From IMG/VR virus record IMGVR_UViG_3300006100_001445: 64,000 bases of DNA; one strand, written 5' to 3'. The notes under the pieces were generated by a model that saw only the letters and a program-made list of their open reading frames with translations, was not told where the DNA came from and did no database searches. A program made the translations under genes and the position numbers. The stretch is from an uncultured virus (IMG/VR IMGVR_UViG_3300006100_001445) (Duplodnaviria > Heunggongvirae > Uroviricota > Caudoviricetes). Below are positions 26,038 through 33,815 of the stretch, piece after piece (within the stretch, counting starts at the first letter, position 1; the number at the start of each line of letters is the position of its first letter).

Positions 26038-26180
26038 TTTTGTAACTCTTTCATTATTTGATCAGCAGTCGTTCCATTGACACGAGCTGCCATTTCTACA
26101 AAATCTATCCAGCGGTTGGCATAATCTGTCATGCCTTGTTGCCACTGTTGATACATAATCTCTAAAAAACGTCTATCCAT
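26010..26180 (-). CDS. 56-aa hypothetical protein
   Basis: ATG 1 nt after the curlin stop; MDRRFLE... Confidence 0.55.
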   Translation of the reverse strand: MDRRFLEIMYQQWQQGMTDYANRWIDFVEMAARVNGTTADQIMKELQKCSWFIKGD

Positions 26181-26181
26181 A

Positions 26182-27108
26182 TTAACGTGTTTGGTGTACA
26201 GTCCAAGAGTTGTTGCTACCATTTGTTTGTATATTGGTCACGTTGTTGCCACCAGTGGCTGTTTGTGTAATACCAAATGTGTTGCTACCACCAGTTACGC
26301 CCAGGATTAAGGTGTTGTCATAGTTACCCGATTGCGTCACGGTGTAACTGTTACCGTTACCAACTGCGGCACCACTCACAGTAAGACCTGTGGCATTGTA
26401 TCCACCAATAGTGATATTGTTACCATTGGTACCACCGTCCTGATTCAAATTATAAGTGTTGTTAGCACCTACACTTTGTACGTTGACTTGTGTACCTGTT
26501 ACCACTTGAGTGTTTACACCTTGATTCAAAGTCAAGCTGTTGTTGGCACCACCAGTCATTGAGATCTGATCGTTAGTACCAGATCCTTTTACAGTGGCCA
26601 CTACCGAGTTACTTGCACCGCCCGAGGTTGTTGCTGTAAAGTTATTGTTTGAACCTAGTAGGTTAACATTCAAGTTGGCAGTATTACCTGTTTGATTAAC
26701 AGTGATATTGTTGCTTTGGCTGGCACCTGTAGTACCTGCGTTATTACTGTTAATAATGGCAGTGGCATTGTCACCGGTCACATTATAGGTAAAATTATTG
26801 CCTGATCCCGACCCAGTATTTTGACCCGAGTTGGCTGTGCCTGTCTGAAGCCCCAACTGCAAAGTATTGCCACTACCAACTTGGCTCACATTCACAGTAT
26901 TGTTGTTACCGGTAATGATTGCGGGTGTAGTTGTTCCCGTGCCGGTACCTTGAATTCCTTCAACCACGTTACTGGCTCCATTCTGGGTCATGTTAATAGT
27001 TGAATTGCTACCTGATTGATTGATGTAGATACTGTCGTCGGCAGCATAAACACCTGTACATACAAGACCTAGCACTACTGTTATTATTTTAGCTAGTCTA
27101 TATTTCAT
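26182..27108 (-). CDS. curlin-repeat (CsgA/CsgB-like) protein
   Basis: Signal peptide; many N/G/Q/T-rich repeats such as IYINQSGSNS, VSQVGSGN, VTQSGNYDN. Confidence 0.85.
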   Translation of the reverse strand: MKYRLAKIITVVLGLVCTGVYAADDSIYINQSGSNSTINMTQNGASNVVEGIQGTGTGTTTPAIITGNNNTVNVSQVGSGNTLQLGLQTGTANSGQNTGSGSGNNFTYNVTGDNATAIINSNNAGTTGASQSNNITVNQTGNTANLNVNLLGSNNNFTATTSGGASNSVVATVKGSGTNDQISMTGGANNSLTLNQGVNTQVVTGTQVNVQSVGANNTYNLNQDGGTNGNNITIGGYNATGLTVSGAAVGNGNSYTVTQSGNYDNTLILGVTGGSNTFGITQTATGGNNVTNIQTNGSNNSWTVHQTR

Positions 27109-27151
27109 TTTGTTCTTTCCTTGGCCCTTGGCCCTTGTCCTGCGACTCCTA

Positions 27152-28441
27152 CTACTTCGCCGGTATTACTCCTTCTTTTGCTGCTTGGTCTGCCGGAACA
27201 TCTTCTTTCTTTGATGGGCCCAACGGAATTGCAGGTTCCGTGACCGGGTTAGTCGATGGTCGTGGCGACAATACTTCTTCTTTAATTTGTGTAGATTTAA
27301 CGTAACCCCGTTTACCGTCGGGTGTGGTTATTTCTACAACATCATTAAACTCTGTTGGCACTACTGTTACTACTGTATTTTTGGGATAGGTATGGTATAG
27401 GCCATAACTGGGTCCGTTCAAATTTGATTTGTTTGTATATACTCGGGTAGAGTCTATCAAACTGTTCTTTTTTTCAACTTGCACTACAGGTTGAACTGGT
27501 GTTGCAACAGCCGGCACTGGTGTGGGTGTCAATGTTGGCTGTGGTTTGTCTTTGGTAAAGTCGTACCAGGCCCGTTCAGGTGTCAATGGATATCTGTATT
27601 CCCATACACCTTTACGTTCGCCTTCTTTGATCAATTCTACCACAGCACTTTCCACAGCGGCTTTGAGTGCTATGGTTGTGGCTTCGTTGATGGTAATGCC
27701 AGATTCAAATTGGAATATACCGGCTATGGCACTTTGACTGCCAGTGTTGGGTGCACCTATCTGTTTGACCAGGTCGCTTATGCTTCCACCTGGATCTACA
27801 CTCTTAAATATGGCGATTGAGTCTGCGGTTGAGTAAACTGTTTTTGTCACAGCAATGGTAGCAAGTATCTTGCCGGTGTTTACCGACACAGCACGTAAGC
27901 TAATTGTAATTACATCTTTTGAATACTGTGTGGTAGGCCCAATACCCAAGAAGTTGTAGCCCACACCGCCGGACTCTAGGCCTGAATCGTAGCCAATGAT
28001 ACCACCTTCAATGATGATACCGGCAAACTGTAATGGCATCAGTTTCTGTGCATTGGCACCTTCATAGGCCTGACGCATCTGTGTAATGATCAAGCGTTCC
28101 TTGGTCAAGGCATCTATGTTGCCACGTTCTACAACATCAAACCAAGTACCGTGTCCTACGTCTTGTAAGGCACGTATCAATAGTGCATCACCACCTTGTG
28201 TGACTGCTGTACTGAAACTGGCCACACCTGGGGTTGCTTTACGCTGTCCGGTCTTGTCGCTAAAGTTGTAGACTGCTACAGTTAGGCGTCCTTTGGCAGG
28301 AGGCGGAACTGAGTCAAGTTCTTTGATCATTTCCTGTTTCATCAACTTGGGTTTTTCTTCCAAGATACCCACTTTCTGGCTAACGGCACAACCAGACAGG
28401 GCTAAAATGAGAGCGGATAAAATTAAGATTCGTTTCATCAA
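27152..28441 (-). CDS. csgG: CsgG/HfaB family curli secretion lipoprotein with Pro-rich linker and SH3-like tail
   Basis: Lipobox LSGC; VAVYNFSDKTGQRK, FSTAVTQG, WFDVVER, LTKERLII, EGGIIGYD. Confidence 0.93.
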   Translation of the reverse strand: MMKRILILSALILALSGCAVSQKVGILEEKPKLMKQEMIKELDSVPPPAKGRLTVAVYNFSDKTGQRKATPGVASFSTAVTQGGDALLIRALQDVGHGTWFDVVERGNIDALTKERLIITQMRQAYEGANAQKLMPLQFAGIIIEGGIIGYDSGLESGGVGYNFLGIGPTTQYSKDVITISLRAVSVNTGKILATIAVTKTVYSTADSIAIFKSVDPGGSISDLVKQIGAPNTGSQSAIAGIFQFESGITINEATTIALKAAVESAVVELIKEGERKGVWEYRYPLTPERAWYDFTKDKPQPTLTPTPVPAVATPVQPVVQVEKKNSLIDSTRVYTNKSNLNGPSYGLYHTYPKNTVVTVVPTEFNDVVEITTPDGKRGYVKSTQIKEEVLSPRPSTNPVTEPAIPLGPSKKEDVPADQAAKEGVIPAK

Positions 28442-28914
28442 TTGCCACCCGGAGTAAATTGTCCCATCGGAACGTTGATAGTTGTAGTATTCATACCATC
28501 AAACACGTGCAACTGTATTCCTTGTCCGCCACCGGGCAAGATTACCTGTCCCCAAGATATTTGTCCAGCACCAAAAGCTATCTGCCCGGGCTGTACTTGT
28601 CCCGGTGTGCTGAACATACTGGTGGCCACGTTCTGACTGATTTGTGCGTAGATTCGTGACTCTAAGTTGGTTAAAAATTGTTGCAAGGGAGTGTTTTGTG
28701 CGGCAGCGGCAGCAGCATCTGCAGCAGCCTTGATTGATGCAGCCACTGCCTGTTGTCGTGTGTATTGTTCGTTTTCCAAGCCCAATTGGAAGGCACCGTA
28801 TCCAGACCCGTTTAGGCTTGGGCTTTTGAAACTGTAGTCGTTAATAGGGGTCGCCACTGCTGAAAATGCGGTTGCGGTTAGAAAAGCTGTGATAGCTTGT
28901 TTGATAAAACGCAT
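28438..28914 (-). CDS. csgF: CsgF-like curli assembly protein
   Basis: Signal peptide; YSFKSPSLNGSGY..LENEQ..FLTNLESRIYAQIS; adjacent to csgG. Confidence 0.8.
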   Translation of the reverse strand: MRFIKQAITAFLTATAFSAVATPINDYSFKSPSLNGSGYGAFQLGLENEQYTRQQAVAASIKAAADAAAAAAQNTPLQQFLTNLESRIYAQISQNVATSMFSTPGQVQPGQIAFGAGQISWGQVILPGGGQGIQLHVFDGMNTTTINVPMGQFTPGGN

Positions 28915-28916
28915 TG

Positions 28917-29002
28917 CTCCTACTCCCTTATTATTATTTTTATTATAGGGTTATTATGGTCTAGGTGCCATAATGCTTATTAGTATTTAACTAAAGTAGG
29001 AG
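28917..29002 (-). promoter_or_regulatory. late promoter and anti-SD leader of the curli-like operon
   Basis: CTCCTACT upstream of TAAATA is complementary to AGTAGGAG (SD) before the csgF ATG. Confidence 0.6.
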
Positions 29003-29022
29003 GAATGATTATCTGGGTGTAA

Positions 29023-30171
29023 TTATCGTTTGAACTCGGGGAGATTTGTGTTTTGACTCACTAGATACAACGGGCTATTGAACAGATTTAACCCCACTAT
29101 CATATTGTTTGAGCCTTTGGGTGCAGTAGGTACATCATTTAATCTTGCAATATACTGATCATCAATGTTGTCAAAGTATTGATCTGTAAGCCACTTCCAG
29201 CTGTGGTAGTAGGTAGGACTATATTGATAAGTCCACGCATCACTTTGCCAAACACGTGAGCCAAATTGTTTTTTAACTTGGAATGTGTCAATGCTGTATC
29301 TAGGATAGCATACTTGCTGATAGATTGTGCGCCAATCGTCTATCATTAGTTTTAGTTTTTCAGGATTGATCCGTTGTTGTTCTACTAAAAAATCTTTAAT
29401 ACAATGAGATTGTAGCACTGGTATTAGTGGAGCGTCAACCGACCAGTAAAAAAATTCCATTTTTCTGTTTGGGTTGTTGTCCCCGCCATTGCTTTGATCA
29501 GTAAAGAACGCATACAGATTATTGTTCTTGGACATCAAATGTATTTTTTCACTGCCACTGATCAATCCAATAGAGCGATGATGTCGTACTTGTTCCAGTT
29601 CTGATTCTGTACTGCGACTGTACTTGAAAAAGTTTGCCAAGAACTGCCAACCGTTGGTCTTCATAAAATCAGCTTCGGTCAGCTCTTGGTGAAAACACTC
29701 GCTAAAATCGTCTACTGTAATTTTTGTATCAGGACAATGTTTTTCTACGTACTTCAGAACTGGGTGTACAGCAAATTCATATTCACTGCCCATATTGATT
29801 TGATCTCTATTGGTACCGACTTTGACAAACTTGCGTTCAGCTCTGGGCCAGCGTGTGACTATTTCGTCGATGTGTATTCCATTGATCAAGAAAGCTTCCA
29901 GCATTGCCCACGAATCCATACCACCACTGAACAACAAAATTATGTAGTCGTATCGGTCACGTATTTGTTGTGCTCGTTCTCTATAGAGATCGTCCAATGT
30001 ACCAGCCGGTCTTGAACTCCAGTCTATCTTGCCGTACACATCTTCGTGAAAGTGCCACTCGGCTGACTGTTTGTTTTTGGTGGCGTTGTACAGCGCCTCT
30101 GTTTTGTTTATGTAATACTGATCGCCGACCTTGTAGTAACCATAAACAGAATTAAGAATTGACGGATTCAT
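29023..30171 (-). CDS. PP-loop (adenine nucleotide alpha-hydrolase) family protein
   Basis: LLFSGGMDS motif. Confidence 0.7.
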   Translation of the reverse strand: MNPSILNSVYGYYKVGDQYYINKTEALYNATKNKQSAEWHFHEDVYGKIDWSSRPAGTLDDLYRERAQQIRDRYDYIILLFSGGMDSWAMLEAFLINGIHIDEIVTRWPRAERKFVKVGTNRDQINMGSEYEFAVHPVLKYVEKHCPDTKITVDDFSECFHQELTEADFMKTNGWQFLANFFKYSRSTESELEQVRHHRSIGLISGSEKIHLMSKNNNLYAFFTDQSNGGDNNPNRKMEFFYWSVDAPLIPVLQSHCIKDFLVEQQRINPEKLKLMIDDWRTIYQQVCYPRYSIDTFQVKKQFGSRVWQSDAWTYQYSPTYYHSWKWLTDQYFDNIDDQYIARLNDVPTAPKGSNNMIVGLNLFNSPLYLVSQNTNLPEFKR

Positions 30172-30481
30172 TTTTGATGTTTGTGATTTTTTTTGTTAAT
30201 TCTTCGTAAAAAGAATCTAGCTCACCACCAAATTTGCCGGTTAGATGCGGAATGATGTCCTCGCACAAGCGCAGGTCTTTGGCTTTCCAGGCCTCTATCA
30301 ATTTTGCGTGTAGATCTTTCAACGCCGGCAAAGATGCCAATCCGTCAAGACCAATTTTTTCTGGGGGTACAATGCACCAGGCTCGTAGCATTTCCCCGTT
30401 GACTGCGAATGATTCCAATTCCAACACAGTATGAACGCCACGTAATTTTTCAACTGCTTCAGGATGCCACACTATTTGCAT
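30152..30481 (-). CDS. hypothetical protein resembling the C-terminal region of the CHASE2 cyclase
   Basis: TVLELESFAVNG vs PVMELDCIAVKG; LDSFYEEL vs MEKYYDAM. Confidence 0.6.
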   Translation of the reverse strand: MQIVWHPEAVEKLRGVHTVLELESFAVNGEMLRAWCIVPPEKIGLDGLASLPALKDLHAKLIEAWKAKDLRLCEDIIPHLTGKFGGELDSFYEELTKKITNIKNESVNS

Positions 30482-31013
30482 AAGTTCTTTTCTCTAACTT
30501 TAAACTGCGATATATTTCTTGTACGCCTTGTGCTTGGCTAATGCAATCTTCTAGAGCATTGTGCAAGCCGGCCTTGTTCTTTTCTCTTGGATCGCCGTGT
30601 ACACCAAACAAGGTACGACTATCACGGATCTGCCAGAACTGCCACGGAGTGGGCCAGCCCTGTTGACGATAGATATTTTCTAGGATAACAATGTCAAACG
30701 CAGGACCTTGACACCAGATGTTTTCCACACCCACTAGAAATTTATTCAACTGTCGGTACATTGATTCTAGGCTAACCCGATCGCGTTCGCTGAATGCTTC
30801 GTCATACACATCACTACTTTGAGTACTCCACCATCGTAGTGTGTCCTCTTGTACCTCTCTGCCCAGAGCCAGCTGTTCGTCAACATCAATGCGGAAGTAT
30901 AGGCTGGCACCAAAACTGTCCACAACGTATGGGTCAAACTTGACGGCACCCAAGGTGAGAATGGCACAGTCGGGTCTGGTTCCTAGAGATTCTAAATCGA
31001 GCATTACGTCCAT
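30459..31013 (-). CDS. DEDDh 3'-5' exonuclease (DexA-like)
   Basis: MLDLESLG, FDIVILE, RDSRT, HNALED. Confidence 0.9.
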   Translation of the reverse strand: MDVMLDLESLGTRPDCAILTLGAVKFDPYVVDSFGASLYFRIDVDEQLALGREVQEDTLRWWSTQSSDVYDEAFSERDRVSLESMYRQLNKFLVGVENIWCQGPAFDIVILENIYRQQGWPTPWQFWQIRDSRTLFGVHGDPREKNKAGLHNALEDCISQAQGVQEIYRSLKLEKRTYANSVAS

Positions 31014-31049
31014 AATGCTATTATACTGTATTGTTGATTAAAAGTCGAC

Positions 31050-31262
31050 TTATTCGGCAAGTTTGCCCACTTGACGTGTGTTCCATAAACGTTCGTGAGT
31101 AAAATACCAGATGGAATTTACTATAAACAAGATTCCGGCAATTTTACCCGAACCGCCTAGGCTACCGGTAACCATATAGCTTACGCCAAAAGTCAAAACA
31201 CTAGTGGTAAGACGCCAGGTTATGGCTTTGAATAGACTGCGATAGTTGGTTTCTTTAAACAT
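31050..31262 (-). CDS. DUF2061-like membrane protein
   Basis: RSLFKAITWR ... YFTHERLWN. Confidence 0.75.
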   Translation of the reverse strand: MFKETNYRSLFKAITWRLTTSVLTFGVSYMVTGSLGGSGKIAGILFIVNSIWYFTHERLWNTRQVGKLAE

Positions 31263-31738
31263 TATTTTCCTTTTAGGAGCTTCATTGATTCTGCTTCAAC
31301 TACACGTGTACGTAACCCTGAACTGGAGAACGAATGATCACGACGATTAAAGATTGGTCGAATACCACGTACAAATCCTTCTTGCTCGCCGGTGTATGCT
31401 TTGTTTTCGTATTCAACACCTAGTACACGAACATCAATAGGCAGAATTAAGAGCAAGTCGATCAAATCCTGTTCAGTTTGATAAACTACCACTTCGTCTA
31501 CATAACGACAAGCAGCCAATTGGATTTGGCGTTCCACAATGCTCTGTACCGGTTTATTCTTGGTATCGGGACGATCAATAGTGGGATCTGTTTGCAAGCC
31601 AGCAATCAAGTAATCGCAATGATTCTTTGCTTCGGCCAGCATAGCAATATGTCCTGCGTGTAGCATATCAAAGGTACTAAAGGTAATACCAATGCGCTTG
31701 CCTTCGGCCTTGAGCTTTTTAACGTGGTTGAAAATCAT
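31262..31738 (-). CDS. cytidylyltransferase (TagD-like)
   Basis: TFDMLHAGH, ERQIQL..CRYVDEV, HSFSSS. Confidence 0.9.
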   Translation of the reverse strand: MIFNHVKKLKAEGKRIGITFSTFDMLHAGHIAMLAEAKNHCDYLIAGLQTDPTIDRPDTKNKPVQSIVERQIQLAACRYVDEVVVYQTEQDLIDLLLILPIDVRVLGVEYENKAYTGEQEGFVRGIRPIFNRRDHSFSSSGLRTRVVEAESMKLLKGK

Positions 31739-32067
31739 ACGTCTTGTTCAATTTTGACTTGTAAAGGGAATCCGTTGTTGCGAGCCAGCATGGTAACTTC
31801 AATGCCTTTTTGTTCGGCCATTTCATACGGCAATACCGCTACCACAGCCGATCCTTCCTCGTGTACTTGCATCGTCAATGCTTCAGCGGCACCTTGGTCA
31901 TAATTGAATATTACCTTGAGTGTTTCAACTACAAACTCTTGTGTAGTTGTTTCATCATTGATATAGATAACACGGAATTGTGGTGGTTCCTGTATGTTGA
32001 GTTTGGGCTCAATACGTGGACGTATTTCTATGTGTGTTTTGGTTTTTGACATTAAAGTTTCGCTCAT
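31735..32067 (-). CDS. clpS: Clp protease adaptor
   Basis: VIYINDETTTQEFVV, VHEEGSAVV, AEQK, FPLQV. Confidence 0.93.
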   Translation of the reverse strand: MSETLMSKTKTHIEIRPRIEPKLNIQEPPQFRVIYINDETTTQEFVVETLKVIFNYDQGAAEALTMQVHEEGSAVVAVLPYEMAEQKGIEVTMLARNNGFPLQVKIEQDV

Positions 32068-32073
32068 ATTAAA

Positions 32074-32106
32074 AATAAAGGGAAAGAAGTACCTTTCCCT
32101 TTATTA
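32074..32106. terminator. 13-bp hairpin, terminator-like
   Basis: AATAAAGGGAAAG-aagtac-CTTTCCCTTTATT. Confidence 0.7.
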
Positions 32107-32120
32107 TACAGCCTTACAGC

Positions 32121-32573
32121 TTATTTTGCAAATGTAATGGCAATTTTTTTAGGCTTGTCTTCTTCTGGAACCACTTGTTCCAAAGCAATGGCCAAAATAC
32201 CATTCTTAACTGTGGCACCACGTACTTCAATGTGTTCGGCCAATGGGAAGGTACGAGTAAAGTTTCTAGCACTGATACCTTTGTGCAAGTACTCAACTTC
32301 GGTTTCACGTTTGGCTTGTTCGCCTCGTACAGTTAAGACGTTGTCTTTTAATTCAACATCAATTTCATCTTCAGCAAAACCAGCAACGGCCACTTCGATA
32401 ACATAGTGAGTGTCATCCAGCTTGACCACATTGTGTGGCGGGTAGTTGTCGCTTTTGCTGTTGGCAAAATTGCGATTCAGCTGTTCAAATAAACTGTCAA
32501 AGCCAATGGTCTGGCGATGAATCTGGTTTACGAATGCAGGTAAATCAAGGGTGTGGATTTGTAATTGTGTCAT
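32121..32573 (-). CDS. small heat shock protein (IbpA/Hsp20)
   Basis: IGFDSLF, NYPPHN, AVAGF, YLHKGISARNF, NGILAIAL. Confidence 0.95.
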   Translation of the reverse strand: MTQLQIHTLDLPAFVNQIHRQTIGFDSLFEQLNRNFANSKSDNYPPHNVVKLDDTHYVIEVAVAGFAEDEIDVELKDNVLTVRGEQAKRETEVEYLHKGISARNFTRTFPLAEHIEVRGATVKNGILAIALEQVVPEEDKPKKIAITFAK

Positions 32574-32578
32574 ATTTT

Positions 32579-32632
32579 TCTCCTTTTAAGCAAGTTAATG
32601 ACTAAATGTGTAGCCCGACTATCGGCACTACA
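32579..32632 (-). promoter_or_regulatory. ROSE-like RNA thermometer leader of hsp20
   Basis: TGTAG-TG-CCGA-TAG-TCGG-G-CTACA hairpin, then CTTGCTT-aa-AAGGAG. Confidence 0.6.
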
Positions 32633-32663
32633 AATATATTTATACACGAATTTTCAATTTAAA

Positions 32664-33323
32664 TCAATTATTTGAAATCCAATTGTGCAACGCATTGGCT
32701 ATTTTTTCGTGTCCCATTTGATTTGGGTGAGAAATGTTGGGAGTAAAATACGGATTGTTTTTTAAAGCACATCCGTGCCGATCCATTTCCAAATTCAACA
32801 GTTCTTGGCAAGTGGTGTGGTAGATTCTAGCACGATCAACTTCGGGCCAGAATGTGTTGTTTTGCCAACCCGGCAAGTAGTAATCTTGTATGTTGTACTG
32901 CCGACAAAGACTCTGCAATACCAGCAAGGTGACGTTGGCTTGATAATCAGCTGATTCGTCGGAATAAAAATACTTGTAGTACAGGTCATTCATTTTTGTT
33001 AATTCGTCGGCAACTGGATCGGGAGGAAAAATACCGCGCGGATTAAATGCTTGATCTACCTGTTGATGATACACAAAAGATCGTTCTTTGGCTGTGAGGA
33101 AAAATACTGCACAATAGCGATTGGCAGGATTGTGATTTTCTTTGAGAAACTTGCGTAGTTGAATTACCAATTGTGGCAAACTGGTGCCAGGACGAGCATA
33201 ATTGCTATAAGTAGATCCACGGTGTTTGGCCAATACTGCAATGTATGGAAACTCTCGTGAGAGATCCAATTCATCACCGTAGGCCCAGCTATCGCCAAAG
33301 CCCAGATAGATTATAGGATTCAT
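32664..33323 (-). CDS. SGNH/GDSL hydrolase-like protein
   Basis: FGDSWAYG ... HPNQMGH. Confidence 0.75.
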   Translation of the reverse strand: MNPIIYLGFGDSWAYGDELDLSREFPYIAVLAKHRGSTYSNYARPGTSLPQLVIQLRKFLKENHNPANRYCAVFFLTAKERSFVYHQQVDQAFNPRGIFPPDPVADELTKMNDLYYKYFYSDESADYQANVTLLVLQSLCRQYNIQDYYLPGWQNNTFWPEVDRARIYHTTCQELLNLEMDRHGCALKNNPYFTPNISHPNQMGHEKIANALHNWISNN

Positions 33324-33574
33324 TAGTACAGTTTTTTGGGTAGGCTTTCGGAAGCTAATTTTTTGCGCCAGCGGTTCTTGGCCGCTGCTTTAGCTTTCTT
33401 ACGTGCTGTGGTGGGTTTTTCGTAGGTTTCGCGTTCTTTTAATTCACGTAGTAGGCCTGATTCCAATACCTTCTTCTTGAATTTACGCATAGCCTTTTCC
33501 ACGTTACCGTCGATGCCGACTGTAACTGTGTTACCTTTACACACAACTGCTGAGCCTTTTTGATAATATGCCAT
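33323..33574 (-). CDS. rpsU: 30S ribosomal protein bS21
   Basis: VEKAMRKFKKKV..GLLRELKERETYEKPTTARK. Confidence 0.92.
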   Translation of the reverse strand: MAYYQKGSAVVCKGNTVTVGIDGNVEKAMRKFKKKVLESGLLRELKERETYEKPTTARKKAKAAAKNRWRKKLASESLPKKLY

Positions 33575-33578
33575 AAGT

Positions 33579-33815
33579 TTATTTATTGAAGTAATCTTCG
33601 GGGTTGGTTAATTTTGCATCTATTACTACATCTGCTTTACGTGCTACCAAGTCAAACCACTCGGGTTGATTCATTTCTTGTCGGTAAAAATACACATTGT
33701 ACGCTTGTCCACGGTGTTCTATCAAGGTGGCCAATATCTTGATCTGTTCTTCAGGAGCGTCGATGATCAATACTGTTTCCACGTAGTCAGGTGGTGTTAC
33801 AAAATTGCTATGCAT
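33579..33815 (-). CDS. hypothetical protein
   Basis: 78 aa, operonic. Confidence 0.65.
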   Translation of the reverse strand: MHSNFVTPPDYVETVLIIDAPEEQIKILATLIEHRGQAYNVYFYRQEMNQPEWFDLVARKADVVIDAKLTNPEDYFNK

